Assembly (NCBI GenBank): GCA_963693365.1
Contig: CAVNZM010000001.1
Coordinates: 761,245-825,244 of the forward strand
Length of the DNA stretch: 64,000 nt
Source of the DNA: Amoebidium appalachense
Lineage: Eukaryota > Protista > Ichthyosporea
Direction: 5' to 3'
A program made the translations under genes and the position numbers. This document shows positions 25,213 through 38,785 of this stretch, one piece after another. Below the pieces are notes generated by a model. The model ran no database searches, had not been told where the DNA came from, and worked only from the letters and a program-made list of their open reading frames with translations. How positions within the stretch are numbered: the first letter of the stretch is position 1; each line of letters begins with the position of its first letter.

Positions 25213-25240
25213 GGTTATGCAGCCCTTTTGCACGCTCCCT
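25213..25240 (+). promoter_or_regulatory. Primer-binding site of half-tRNA-iMet (Hemivirus-like) type
   Basis: GGTTATGcAGCCCttttGCACGCTCCC versus the complement of the tRNA-iMet 5' half, GGTTATGRGCCCAGCACGCTTCC. Confidence 0.7.
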
Positions 25241-28200
25241 ACACACATCTAGAACTAGCGCTCGTTTTTTTTCAATCATGGATCCAAACAAAACTGGTGT
25301 AAACAAAATAACCATGTGGAAAGGTGAAGGGAAGACTGGTCCCGATAGCAAAACCACCTATTTTCAATGGGAAATCATTTTTCTCGGCATGATGACCGGC
25401 ACTAAAGGTGTCCGCCTCGTGGATGTTGTACTTGCTGACAACTACGTCCCCCCTACCACCGTCGCGGTTGACGGTGAACCCCCCTTCTATGGCTACGGCA
25501 CTACCGCGGAACTCAAGGAGGCCCGCAATTGCCTCCTGCTCCATATGATACAGAACATCGACCCTTCCGTCCTCACCACCGTTGCCCAGTACCGTATTGG
25601 CATGGACCCTGAACGGGCCATGTGGAAATTCCGTCAACACTACCTCCAAGGCAAACCCGATCAGATCCGCATCCTTCACCGTCAGTGGGATGCCTGTGCC
25701 CTTCAGCCCGGTGAATCATTCACCACCTACCTGAGTCGTCTGCAGACCATCGTGAACCAGCTCCAGTCCCTCCAAGATGAGTCCATTCACTTCACTCGTC
25801 TCGCTGAGAAGTTCTTCAATGAACTCACCACCAGAGACGACCTCACCCCTGAGTTCAACCGTTTTATCGAAGACTATCACTTCGGTGATAAGCTATTCCC
25901 CGACTTCGAGTCCCTCCACAACCACGTCAAGGGCATCGAGTTACGTCAAGACCTCAAGATGCAACTCCGGAGCAACCGTACCCACCGTGTCTCCAAGTCC
26001 AGCATGGCATTAAATGCCAGTTCTCCCCCCCGTGATCTTCCTCGCCGTGACTTACGCAACCGACTTGACCGTACCCCTGGCACGGACCTCCGAACTCGTC
26101 TCTCCCGTCAGCACACCCGATCCCGTTCCCCCCACCGGCCTGCCTTCCGGTCCACGTCTCGTTCCCCCAGTCGTTCCCGTTTCTCGGGTTCCCGTCGTTC
26201 TGATTCCCCGGCTCGTTCTAACACCGCGTCCGTGAAAGCATGCTCCTACTGCCACGAGCCTGATCACACGATCATTGATTGCCCTGAGCCGAAATGCCGT
26301 ATGTCCAGACACAACCGTTCCCGTCAAGGCAGTGAGAAATCTGTCTCCTTTGCTTTCTCGGCATACAATGCTAGCTCCGTCCCCGTGTCCTCCGACCCTG
26401 CCTGGGATTCCGGGTGCAACATGACTGTCTGCCCCACCCGTGAGTTCTTCCATGACCTCACTCCCCTTCCGACACCGACTCCCGTTGCTGCCTTCAATGG
26501 CACCCCCGTCTTGGCCACTCACACCGGCCATATCGTCATCAACACCACCACCGACCATGGCACTGCCACCCTTACCATTGAAGCCTACTACACCCCGTCT
26601 GGCCAAGCCTTCCTCATTTCAACATCCCAAGCTGCTGCCGAATACATCAAGGGTGATTTGAATGATGCCTCCACTCCGTCATTCCTCTTCGACCGACTCA
26701 CCGGCCGTCATCTCGTCAACCTCCGTCTACACAACGGTCTGTATTACTTCAAGGACTACACCATTCAACCACCCACTCGTCCTGTGGCTCTGGCTGCCAC
26801 TACCAGTGTTAACCCATCCATCTGGCACCATCGTCTGGGGCACCGTGCTATGACCAGCATCAAGGACATGGTGAAACACGACCTTGTCATTGGTCTCCCC
26901 TCGTCTGTCCTCGACTGTGATGTTCCTGATTGTCATGGCTGCATTATGGGTAAAACCACCAAGGCTCCGTTCAAGGGTGACCGTCCTCACTCCACCATCC
27001 CCGGTCATGAATGGCATTGGGATTTTTTTGAGCCTACCACAACATCGTACGGAGGTTCCAAGGTTGCTCTCGTCACTGTCTGCCGTGCCTCTGGACTCGT
27101 CAAGATCTACCCGATGGCCGACCGTACAACCACCCTGGACATTCTCACAGCTCACACCAACCTCGTTGCTACCCATGGCCCCTCCAAAGTTGGTGTCTAC
27201 CACTTCGACTCCGGCTCTGAGTTCACCTCCAAGGCTACCCGTGCTTTTTGCCTCTCCCAGGGCATCAAGGCCAGCTATGCTCCGGTGGACTGCCCTCAAC
27301 TGAACGGCTATGTTGAACGTCGTATGCGGTTCCTCCAAGAGATTGTTCGTTGCCTCCTCCATCAAGTCCAAGATCAGTCTCTGTCCCCCAAACTGTGGGC
27401 TGAGGCCCTCCAACATGCCGCCTACATCATCAACGTCACCCCGTCCACGACTGCCAATGGTCGTACACCATTCGAGGTTTTCTATGGTGTCAAGCCCGAC
27501 ATCTCCGAGCTCAAGGTGTTCGGTTGCCCTGCCTACACTCATGTGCCAGCCTCTAAACGGAACAAGCTGGCCCCCACCGTCAAACTCGGCATGTATATCG
27601 GCTATGATCTTCAATCACACTGCCACCGGATCTTCAATCCCACCACCCATCGTGTCGGCCTCTTCCGTGATGTGATTTTCGACGAATCAGCTTATCTCCC
27701 GTCCGACATTCCATCAACACTTCTGACCCCCGACATCACTGCTACCTCGACCACCCCACCCCCCACAGTTGACACTGAAGATGATGTTTGTCTGGTGTAC
27801 TCTGGCCCCCCTCCTGCCATCGTCGTTCCCCCGACACCCCCCCCCCCACCGGCCCCCCTGCCCCCGTGCCCGTCCAGCCTGCCGACCCTCATCCTGCCCC
27901 TGGCAACGTCACACCCATCCGACCCGGCTCCCCCGACAACTTCCACTCGGCCCCGTCCAGCCCGGAGGTTGCCCCCCCTGCAATTCCGAACTTCCAAGTT
28001 CCCCCCCCCCCCCGTCTCCACCTCCCCCGGTTCCTGCACCCCGTCGTTCTGCCCGTCTACAGGGCAAGGTTGGATTTCAAGCCACCACCACCCTCCCAGT
28101 CCCCCCCGGTCCCCCCATCAACATCGACCAACTACCCAAACTTGTCCGTCAACTGTGTTCCGGACCCAATGGTGACCAGGTCAAGTCAGCCCTCACTGCT

Positions 28201-28784
28201 GAGTATCAAGCCTTCGTCGACAAAGACATCTTTGAACTTGTTGACCCTCCCCCTGGTGCTAACATCGTCGGCTTCAAGTGGATTGTCTCCGAGAAAACTC
28301 TCAACTCGGCTGGTGACAACAAGATCAAGGCACTTGGTGTTGCTCAAGGCTTCAGTCAGCAATACGGTGTTGACTATGAGTTGATTGAGAGCCCTGTCAT
28401 CCGTCCGGCTGCTCTCCGTGCTATCCTAGCGCTGGCCGTTGTTGAAGGTCATGACATCCATCAACTCGACGTGTCTACGGCCTTTCTCAACAGCCCACTC
28501 ACCGAGACCATCTACATGAAACAACCCCCGGGATTCATCACCATGGCCACACTTGGCAAGGTCTGGAGACTCAAGAAAGCCCTGTACGGCCTCAAGCAAG
28601 CCTCCAAGGCTTGGTACGACTTCCTCGACGGCATTCTTCTTGCCCATGGCCTGACCCGTACTAAGACCGATCCGTGCATCTACCTCCGGTTCTTCCCCAA
28701 CAACGATGTGGTTCGGGCTGGTAACTACGTCGACGACTCCACCATCACCAACACCCGGGGTTCTACTGCTGCCAGTGACCTGGC

Positions 28785-31700
28785 TGTTAGATTATATAAG
28801 TATTTGGGATGAAAGCAGAGACACAGTGGTGCAGTGTAAAAACACCACAGACACACACAACAACAAAACACGGAACGATCGGAGCAGTGTACACAACAGA
28901 CATCAATGTTTAGACACGACTGAACTGAATTTATTCTGATCTTCGAATAAATACCTGAAATTCCTCTAAGTCCAATCCATACATGATTTCCGACCAGTCG
29001 GAAATCAGATCTATCTCTAATAGAAACCAATCACTAAGAACCAATTGCTTTCAGAGAGATCCGGTACGCGGAGACGTACACGATAGGACACAGACACTAG
29101 TTAAGGTCAACTCGTGTCATCATCAAGGAAGTTCTAACCTATGACATACTGCAAAGACTCAGACATATCACACTTAACCTTGATGATTGGTTAAAGCCCG
29201 GCAACACATGAAAACTAAAGTCAATTAACGAAGTCTAAACACACATGCTATTCTAAGTGTAGCCTAAGTGTGTCACCGTCCAATGAACACGTATTAAGTA
29301 ACACAAATCTACCTAACAAATATTAGTAGAAAAGAAACACGATTATACACATGAAGACAAGGAGAGAAAGAAAAGAAAATAAGGAAGGAGAAAGAGAAAG
29401 GAAAAGAGAGCACAGATCAACAAACAAGATAGTAATAGCATAACTATAACCAGAGATATTTATGTACACACGAACATGTACACGTCTCTCCCTGAGTGGG
29501 TGGATCCGTGTACACACATATAAATATTCTAATCGATATTACAATACACGATTAGAGCCGATACAACACGATTACAAGTATACAAGCATATCGGAGATCG
29601 ATGCTACACTTTACATAATAGGAGTGTGGCATATACACTAAGCATATGAACTGAAACATAACACAAACTGAGAAGATCTTACCATATGTAAATACTACGT
29701 ATTACAACATCCCCACTTAAGACTTTGAAGTTTGTGTTATCATATCCCCACTGAACTAGTGAAATCTCCCCACTTGAGAACAGAAACGGAAAAGAAAAAA
29801 AAAAATTAAAGTGTGTACTTTTCCCGGGGGGGGGGGGGGGGGGGGAAGGGGGGGGGGGGGGGGGGGGGGGGGAGGGGGGGGGGGAGGGAGGGGGGGGGAG
29901 GGGGGGGGGGGGGGGGGAAGAAACCGGGTCAAAAACAACGAATATGTATAACGTGTATAGTCGGGTTTTGATTAACTGGGTTTTAAACCAGTGAAAGATA
30001 GAGTAGAGTCATGGTACAGGTCAAACCTTATATATAAACCCTAAGTGGGCATACCCACAAAGGCAAGATACATATGAAATTAGGATTATGATAAAGTAAG
30101 TAGTAAACATTAGAAAATCACTCTTGAAGTAGGACGGGTCAATCCACAATATCCGGCAAACAAAGTCGAGCACGATGGTGGACATGACTCGGGCCGGGGA
30201 GGGGTTTGGTGAGGATGTCAGCTAAGTTGTGGGCTGACTCAACGTAGTGGACAACCACGTCCCCACTTGCAATGTAGTCCTTGGTGTTGTGATACCGGAC
30301 GGCAATGTGTTTGGTACGGTGCTTGATGCCGGTGGAGTTGACGATGGCAATGGTCAACTGGTTGTCACAGTACACCGGAGTCGGAGCAAGTATGGGACAG
30401 CCGAGTTCCTTGAAGAGGTCACGGACCCAAGCAACTTCTTGGGTGCCAGCATTGAGAGCAATCAGCTCAGCTTCAGTGGTGCTGGTGGCCGTGATGGGCT
30501 GGAGCTTGGAGTACCAGATGATGGGCATACCAGCAAACTCGATAATGTAGCCGGTGGTAGACTTCTTGCTGTCGGCACAACCAGCAAAGTCAGCATCCGT
30601 GTAGCATTCAAGTATGGGGGACTGGGTGGCCGAGTACTTGTAGTCAATGCCAAGGTCAATGGTGCCGAGCAGGTACCGGGCCACACGACGGAGAAGGTCC
30701 CAGTGAGTCTTGCCGGGGTTGGTGCTGAACCGACCGAGGAAGCCGATGGCATAGGCAATGTCGGGACGGGTGCACCGTGCCACCCAGAGGAGACGGCCGA
30801 GTAACTCACGGTAGGGCACGGTGAACGGTTGGGGGGGGCAGTCAGCCAGGGAGACGGTGGTGCCTGCAGGGATGGGGGTAGACTTGGACTTGGCATCGGT
30901 GAGGTTGAAGTCGTGGATGATATCCATGATGTAAGACCTCTGGTGCATGTGGAGGTGATGGGGATCAGAGTGATTAAAATCAACACCGAGCATACGGTCA
31001 AATGGACTCATACGACAGCTGGCCATCTTGCTGATGTGGGCAGCCAGGTCACTGGCAGCAGTAGAACCCCGGGTGTTGGTGATGGTGGAGTCGTCGACGT
31101 AGTTACCAGCCCGAACCACATCGTTGTTGGGGAAGAACCGGAGGTAGATGCACGGATCGGTCTTAGTACGGGTCAGGCCATGGGCAAGAAGAATGCCGTC
31201 GAGGAAGTCGTACCAAGCCTTGGAGGCTTGCTTGAGGCCGTACAGGGCTTTCTTGAGTCTCCAGACCTTGCCAAGTGTGGCCATGGTGATGAATCCCGGG
31301 GGTTGTTTCATGTAGATGGTCTCGGTGAGTGGGCTGTTGAGAAAGGCCGTAGACACGTCGAGTTGATGGATGTCATGACCTTCAACAACGGCCAGAGCTA
31401 GGATAGCACGGAGAGCAGCCGGACGGATGACAGGGCTCTCAATCAACTCATAGTCAACACCGTATTGCTGACTGAAGCCTTGAGCAACACCACGTGCCTT
31501 GATCTTGGTGTCACCAGCCGAGTTGAGAGTTTTCTCGGAGACAATCCACTTGAAGCCGACGATGTTAGCACCAGGGGGAGGGTCAACAAGGTCAAAGATG
31601 TCTTTGTCGACGAAGGCTTGATACTCAGCAGTGAGGGCTGACTTGACCTGGTCACCATTGGGTCCGGAACACAGTTGACGGACAAGTTTGGGTAGTTGGT

Positions 31701-34700
31701 CGATGTTGCTGGGGGGACCGGGGGGGACTGGGAGGGTGGTGGTGGCTTGAAAGCCAACCTTGCCCTGTAGACGGGCAGAACGACGGGGTGCAGGAACCGG
31801 GGGAGGTGGAGACGGGGGGGGGGGAACTTGGAAGTTCGGAATTGCAGGGGGGGCAACCTCCGGGCTGGACGGGGCCGAGTGGAAGTTGTCGGGGGAGCCG
31901 GGTCGGATGGGTGTGACGTTGCCAGGGGCAGGATGAGGGTCGGCAGGCTGGACGGGCACGGGGGCAGGGGGGCCGGTGGGGGGGGGGTGTCGGGGGAACG
32001 ACGATGGCAGGAGGGGGGCCAGAGTACACCAGACAAACATCATCTTCAGTGTCAACTGTGGGGGGTGGGGTGGTCGAGGTAGCAGTGGTGTCGGGGGTCG
32101 GAAGTGTTGATGGAATGTCGGACGGGAGATAAGCTGATTCGTCGAAAATCACATCACGGAAGAGGCCGACACGATGGGTGGTGGGATTGAAGATCCGGTG
32201 GCAGTGTGATTGAAGATCATAGCCGATATACATGCCGAGTTTGACGGTGGGGGCCAGCTTGTTCCGTTTAGAGGCTGGCACGTGAGTGTAGGCAGGGCAA
32301 CCGAACACTTTGAGCTCGGAGATGTCGGGCTTGACACCGTAGAAAATTTCGAATGGTGTACGACCATTGGCAGTCGTGGACGGGGTGACGTTGATGATGT
32401 AGGCGGCATGTTGGAGAGCCTCAGCCCACAGTTTGGGGGACAGAGACTGATCTTGGACTTGATGGAGGAGGCAACGGACAATCTCTTGGAGGAACCTCAT
32501 ACGACGTTCAACATAGCCGTTCAGTTGAGGGCAGTCCACCGGAGCATAGCTGGCCTTGATGCCCTGGGAGAGGCAAAAAGCACGGGTAGCCTTGGAGGTG
32601 AACTCAGAGCCGGAGTCGAAGTGGTAGACACCAACTTTGGAGGGGCCATGGGTGGCAACGAGGTTGGTGTGAGCTGTGAGAATGTCCAGGGTGGTGGTAC
32701 GATCGGCCATCGGGTAGATCTTGACGAGTCCAGAGGCACGGCAGACAGTGACGAGAGCAACCTTGGAACCTCCGTACGATGTTGTGGTAGGCTCAAAAAA
32801 ATCCCAATGCCATTCATGACCGGGGATGTTGGAGTGAGGACGGTCACCTTTGAACGGAGCCTTGGTGGTTTTACCCATAATGCAGCCATGACAATCAGGA
32901 ACATCACAGTCGAGGACAGAGGAGGGGAGACCAATAACAAGGTCGTGTTTCACCATGTCCTTGATGCTGGTCATAGCACGGTGCCCCAGACGATGGTGCC
33001 AGATGGATGGGTTAACACTGGTAGTGGCAGCCAGAGCCACAGGACGAGTGGGTGGTTGAATGGTGTAGTCCTTGAAGTAATACAGACCGTTGTGTAGACG
33101 GAGGTTGACGAGATGACGGCCGGTGAGTCGGTCGAAGAGGAATGACGGAGTGGAGGCATCGTTCAAATCACCCTTGATGTATTCGGCAGCAGCTTGGGAT
33201 GTTGAAATGAGGAAGGCTTGGCCAGACGGGGTGTAGTAGGCTTCAATGGTAAGGGTGGCAGTGCCATGGTCGGTGGTGGTGTTGATGACGATATGGCCGG
33301 TGTGAGTGGCCAAGACGGGGGTGCCATTGAAGGCAGCAACGGGAGTCGGTGTCGGAAGGGGAGTGAGGTCATGGAAGAACTCACGGGTGGGGCAGACAGT
33401 CATGTTGCACCCGGAATCCCAGGCAGGGTCGGAGGACACGGGGACGGAGCTAGCATTGTATGCCGAGAAAGCAAAGGAGACAGATTTCTCACTGCCTTGA
33501 CGGGAACGGTTGTGTCTGGACATACGGCATTTCGGCTCAGGGCAATCGATGATCGTGTGATCAGGCTCGTGGCAGTAGGAGCATTCTTTCACGGACGGGG
33601 TGTTAGAACGAGCCGGGGAATCAGAACGACGGGAACCCGAGAAACGGGAACGACTGGGGGAACGAGACGTGGACCGGAAGGCAGGCCGGTGGGGGGAACG
33701 GGATCGGGTGTGCTGACGGGAGAGACGAGTTCGGAGGTCCGTGCCAGGGGTACGGTCAAGGCGGTTGCGAAAGTCACGGCGAGGAAGATCACGGGGGGGA
33801 GCACTGGCATTTAATGCCATGCTGGACTTGGAGGCACGGTGGGCACGGTTGCTCCGGAGTTGCATCTTGAGGTCTTGACGTAACTCGATGCCATTGACGT
33901 GGTTGTGGAGGGACTCGAAGTCGGGGAATAGCTTATCACCGAAGTGATAGTCTTCGATAAGACGGTTGAACTCAGGGGTGAGGTCGTCTCTGGTGGTGAG
34001 TTCATTGAAGAACTTCTCAGCTAGACGAGTGAAGTGAATGGACTCATCTTGGAGGGACTGGAGCTGGTTCACGATGGTCTGCAGACGACTCAGGTAGGTG
34101 GTGAATGATTCACCGGGCTGAAGGGCACAGGCATCCCACTGACGGTGAAGGATGCGGATCTGATCGGGTTTGCCTTGGAGGTAGTGTTGACGGAATTTCC
34201 ACATGGCCCGTTCAGGGTCCATGCCAATACGGTACTGGGCAACGGTGGTGAGGACGGAAGGGTCGATGTTCTGTATCATATGGAGCAGGAGGCAATTGCG
34301 GGCCTCCTTGAGTTCCGCGGTAGTGCCGTAGCCATAGAAGGGGGGTTCACCGTCAACCGCGACGGTGGTAGGGGGGACGTAGTTGTCAGCAAGTACAACA
34401 TCCACGAGTCGGACACCTTTAGTGCCGGTCATCATGCCGAGAAAAATGATTTCCCATTGAAAATAGGTGGTTTTGCTATCGGGACCAGTCTTCCCTTCAC
34501 CTTTCCACATGGTGATTTTGTTTACGCCAGTTTTGTTTGGATCCATGATTGAAAAACGAGCGCTAGTTCTAGATGTGTGTAGGGAGCGTGCAAAAGGGCT
34601 GCATAACCTGTTAAATTATATAAGTATTTGGGATGAAAGCAGAGACACAGTGGTGCAGTGTAAAAACACCACAGACACACACAACAACAAAACACGGAAC

Positions 34701-35533
34701 GATCGGAGCAGTGTACACAACAGACATCAATGTTTAGACACGACTGAACTGAATTTATTCTGATCTTCGAATAAATACCTGAAATTCCTCTAAGTCCAAT
34801 CCATACATGATTTCCGACCAGTCGGAAATCAGATCTATCTCTAATAGAAACCAATCACTAAGAACCAATTGCTTTCAGAGAGATCCGGTACGCGGAGACG
34901 TACACGATAGGACACAGACACTAGTTAAGGTCAACTCGTGTCATCATCAAGGAAGTTCTAACCTATGACATACTGCAAAGACTCAGACATATCACACTTA
35001 ACCTTGATGATTGGTTAAAGCCCGGCAACACATGAAAACTAAAGTAATTTAACGAAGTCTAAACACACATGCTATTCTAAGTGTAGCCTAAGTGTGTCAC
35101 CGTCCAATGAACACGTATTAAGTAACACAAATCTACCTAACATATATTAGTAGAAAAGAAACACGATTATACACATGAAGACAAGGAGAGAAAGAAAAGA
35201 AAATAAGGAAGGAGAAAGAGAAAGGAAAAGAGAGCACAGATCAACAAACAAGATAGTAATAGCATAACTATAACCAGAGATATTTATGTACACACGAACA
35301 TGTACACGTCTCTCCCTGAGTGGGTGGATCCGTGTACACACATATAAATATTCTAATCGATATTACAATACACGATTAGAGCCGATACAACACGATTACA
35401 AGTATACAAGCATATCGGAGATCGATGCTACACTTTACATAATAGGAGTGTGGCATATACACTAAGCATATGAACTGAAACATAACACAAACTGAGAAGA
35501 TCTTACCATATGTAAATACTACGTATTACAACA
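28785..35533 (-). mobile_element. Full-length Ty1/Copia element (LTR type A2: 34609-35533 and 28785-29709), TSD CTGGC
   Basis: 925-bp LTRs, PBS, PPT, and CTGGC on both sides. Confidence 0.95.
30139..34546 (-). CDS. Copia Gag-PR-IN-RT-RH polyprotein (one frame break in a C-run near 31985)
   Basis: Same domains and motifs as 16388-20796. Confidence 0.93.
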
Positions 35534-37549
35534 CTGGCTGCCCACATCAGCCAGATGGCCAGCTGTCGTATGAGTCCATTTGACCGTATGCTCGGTGTTG
35601 ATTTTAATCACTCTGATCCCCATCACCTCCAGAGGTCTTACATCATGGATATCATCCACGACTTCAACCTCACCGATGCCAAGTCCAAGTCTACCCCCAT
35701 CCCTGCAGGCACCACCGTCTCCCTGGCTGACTGCCCCCCCCAACCGTTCACCGTGCCCTACCGTGTCACTGAGTTACTCAGCCGTCTCCTCTGGGTGGCA
35801 CGGTGCACACGTCCCGACATTGCCTATGCCATCGGCTTCCTTGGTCGGTTCAGCACCAACCCCGGCAAGACTCACTGGGACCTTCTCCGTCGTGTGGCCC
35901 GGTACCTGCTCGGTACCATTGACCTTGGCATTGACTACAAGTACTCGGCCACCCAGCCCCCCATACTCGAATGCTACACGGATGCTGACTTTGCTGGTTG
36001 TGCCGACAGCAAGAAGTCTACCACCGGCTACATCATCGAGTTTGCTGGTATGCCCATCATCTGGTACTCCAAGCTCCAGCCCATCACGGCCACCAGCACC
36101 ACTGAAGCTGAGCTGATTGCTCTCAATGCTGGCACCCAAGAAGTTGCTTGGGTCCGTGACCTCTTCAAGGAACTCGGCTGCCCCATGCTTGCTCCGACTC
36201 CGGTGTACTGTGACAACCAGTCGACCATTGCCATCGTCAACTCCACCGGCATCAAGCACCGTACCAAACACATTGCCGTCCGGTATCACAACACCAAGGA
36301 CTACATTGCAAGTGGGGATGTGGTTGTCCACTACGTTGAATCAGCCCACAACTTAGCTGACATCCTCACCAAACCCCTCCCCGGCCCGAGTCATGTCAAC
36401 CATCGTGCTAAACTTTGTCTGCCGGATATTGTGGATTGACCCGTCCTACTTCAAGAGTGATTTTCTAATGTTTACTACTTACTTTATCATCATCATTATT
36501 TCATATGTATACTGCCTTTGTGGGTATGCCCACTTAGGGTTTATATATAAGGTTTGACCTGTACCATCACTCTACTCTATCTTTCACTGGTTTTTTAAAA
36601 CCCAGTTAATCCAACCCCGACTATACACGTTATACATATTCGTTGTTTTTGCCCCGGTTCCTCCCCCCCCCCCCCCCCCCTCTCCCCCCCCCCCCCCCCC
36701 CTTTCCCCCCCCCCCCTTCCCCCCCCCCCCCCCCTCTCCCCCCCCCCCCCCCCCCCCCCCCCCCGGAAAAGTACACACTTTAATTTTTTTTTTCCGTTTC
36801 TGTTCTCAAGTGGGGAGATTTCACTAGTTCAGTGGGGATATGATAACACAAACTTCAAAGTCTTAAGTGGGGATGTTGTAATACGTAGTATCTACATATG
36901 GTAAGATCTTCTCAGTTTGTGTTATGTTTCAGTTCATATGCTTAGTGTATATGCCACACTCCTATTATGTAAAGTGTAGCATCGATCTCCGATATGCTTG
37001 TAAGGTTAAGTGTGGTATGTCTGAGTCTTTGTATTGTATCATAGGTTAGAACTTTCCCTCACTTCCTTGATAATGACACTAGTTGATCTTAACTAGTGTC
37101 TGTGTCCTATCGTGTATGTCTCCGCGTACCGGATCTCTCTGAAAGCAATTGGTTCTTAGTGATTGGTTTCTATTAGAGATAGATCTGATTTCCGACCAGT
37201 CGGAAATCATGTATGGATTGGACTTAGAGGAATTTCAGGTATTTATTTGAGGATCAGAATAAATTCAGTTCAGTCGTGTCTAAACATTGATGTCTGTTGT
37301 GTACACTGCTCCGATCGTTCCGTGTTTTGTTGTTGTGTGTGTCTGTGGTGTTTTCACACTGCACCACTGTGTCTCTGCTTTCATCCCAAATACTTATAAA
37401 ATTTAACACTATGTCTATGTTATTATGAATTATTGTGGGCAAGGTTATCATGCTCACTGTCCGGTGTTGGTGTGTTGCAGGGAATGTATGTGTGTGTGTG
37501 GTGTGGGTGAATGCATCTGCATGTTCATGTGTATGTCGTATAGACCCGC

Positions 37550-38107
37550 CGTATGTGTGACGTGTTGGTGGCTAATGTTTTATACTGGGGACCACCCAGA
37601 TAAACACAAGGCATAAACATCTTGTGGACTGATTTATAGACTGACTGGTAGTCAACCAGTTAACACACGGGGAAGGTTCATCCCGTGGACTAGGTTTAGA
37701 CTGGCAGTCAAGCAGCTCGCCATGGCTATAGAAATTTATTTATACTGGGACACCATCCCAGTTCGACATATACATAAGTCGAATATAGAAGAAAACCAAT
37801 ATTATATGGTGGGATATTAATATAAATAAACGACGGATGGTGGAGGAAAAAAAAAAATCCCCACTGATGATGCACACACTTGACGATCGAGGAAGACAGC
37901 AGTAGACGTTGGTTGGGAGGTGTCCCTACACGTTGATGTGTAGACCACTGGCGAGGGCACCAACCTACTTGAAGACCACTGTAGATGAATGGAGGGGGGG
38001 AGGGGCACACTCAGTCACCAAGACTGAGGGAGCCATGATGCCGGCTCGAGGGAGGGCCCAGGCAGGGCCTTGGTGAAGATGTCGGCCACGTTGTCCTTGG
38101 TGGACAT
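37550..38107 (-). mobile_element. Copia fragment: RNase H tail plus 3' UTR
   Basis: Homologous to 2157-2700 (STKDNVADIFTKALPGP). Confidence 0.8.
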
Positions 38108-38378
38108 GTAAAATTATATTGATCCCTACTCTTCTCTACTTTTATTTGAAGGTTTCGTCAGGATATAAGATGATAATTCCAATCCTAAATACACTGTCAG
38201 ATAATCGTAAATTGTCATTTTATCCTTTTCTCCAGATCGACCTTATGGGGTTGTTTGAAAATTAATATTACACCCTTGTCTTGAGGATTGTGGAGGTGCG
38301 AAGCTTATTCTTTACTTATGGGTTTATATTATAATTAATCTTACCCCTTACCTTAGGATCGATTCTCTAGGATTGTAC
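38108..38378 (+). other. AT-rich insert homologous to the non-coding flank of rnl (probable second small NUMT)
   Basis: Shares colinear blocks with the reverse complement of ~1795-2010. Confidence 0.6.
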
Positions 38379-38785
38379 CTACAAGTATTTGGGACGGAAG
38401 CAGAGACACAGTGGTGCAGTGTGAAAACACCACAGACACACAACAACAAAACACGAAACGATCGGAGCAGTAGTACACAACAGACATCAATGTTTAGACA
38501 CGACTAAACTCAATTTATTTCGATCTAGCATAAATACTTGAAATTCCCTTAAGTCGAATCCATACATTTTCCGACCAGTCGGAAATCAGATCTGTCTCTA
38601 ATAGAAACCAATCACTAAGAACTAATTGCTTTCAAAGAGATCTGGTATGCGGATACGTACACGATAGGCTACAGACACTAGCTAAGATCAACTAGTGTCA
38701 TTATCAAGGAAGTGAGGGAAAGTTCTAACCTATGATACAATACAAAGACTCAGACATACCACACTTAACCTTGATGATTGGTTAC
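38379..38785 (-). mobile_element. Truncated LTR type A variant
   Basis: Homologous to 28797-29195; lacks both termini. Confidence 0.8.

Larger units (their letters stand above)
25278..36439 (+). pseudogene. Copia gag-pol interrupted within RT (25278-28784 and 35534-36439)
   Basis: Near-identical to the 16388-20796 polyprotein; split at ..TAASDLA| by the nested element. Confidence 0.9.
24288..37408 (+). mobile_element. Ty1/Copia element (LTR type A2: 24288-25212, and a deleted 3' LTR 36874-37408), TSD CTATG, carrying a nested same-family copy
   Basis: CTATG on both sides, PBS at 25213, PPT before 36874; pol resumes at 35534. Confidence 0.93.
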
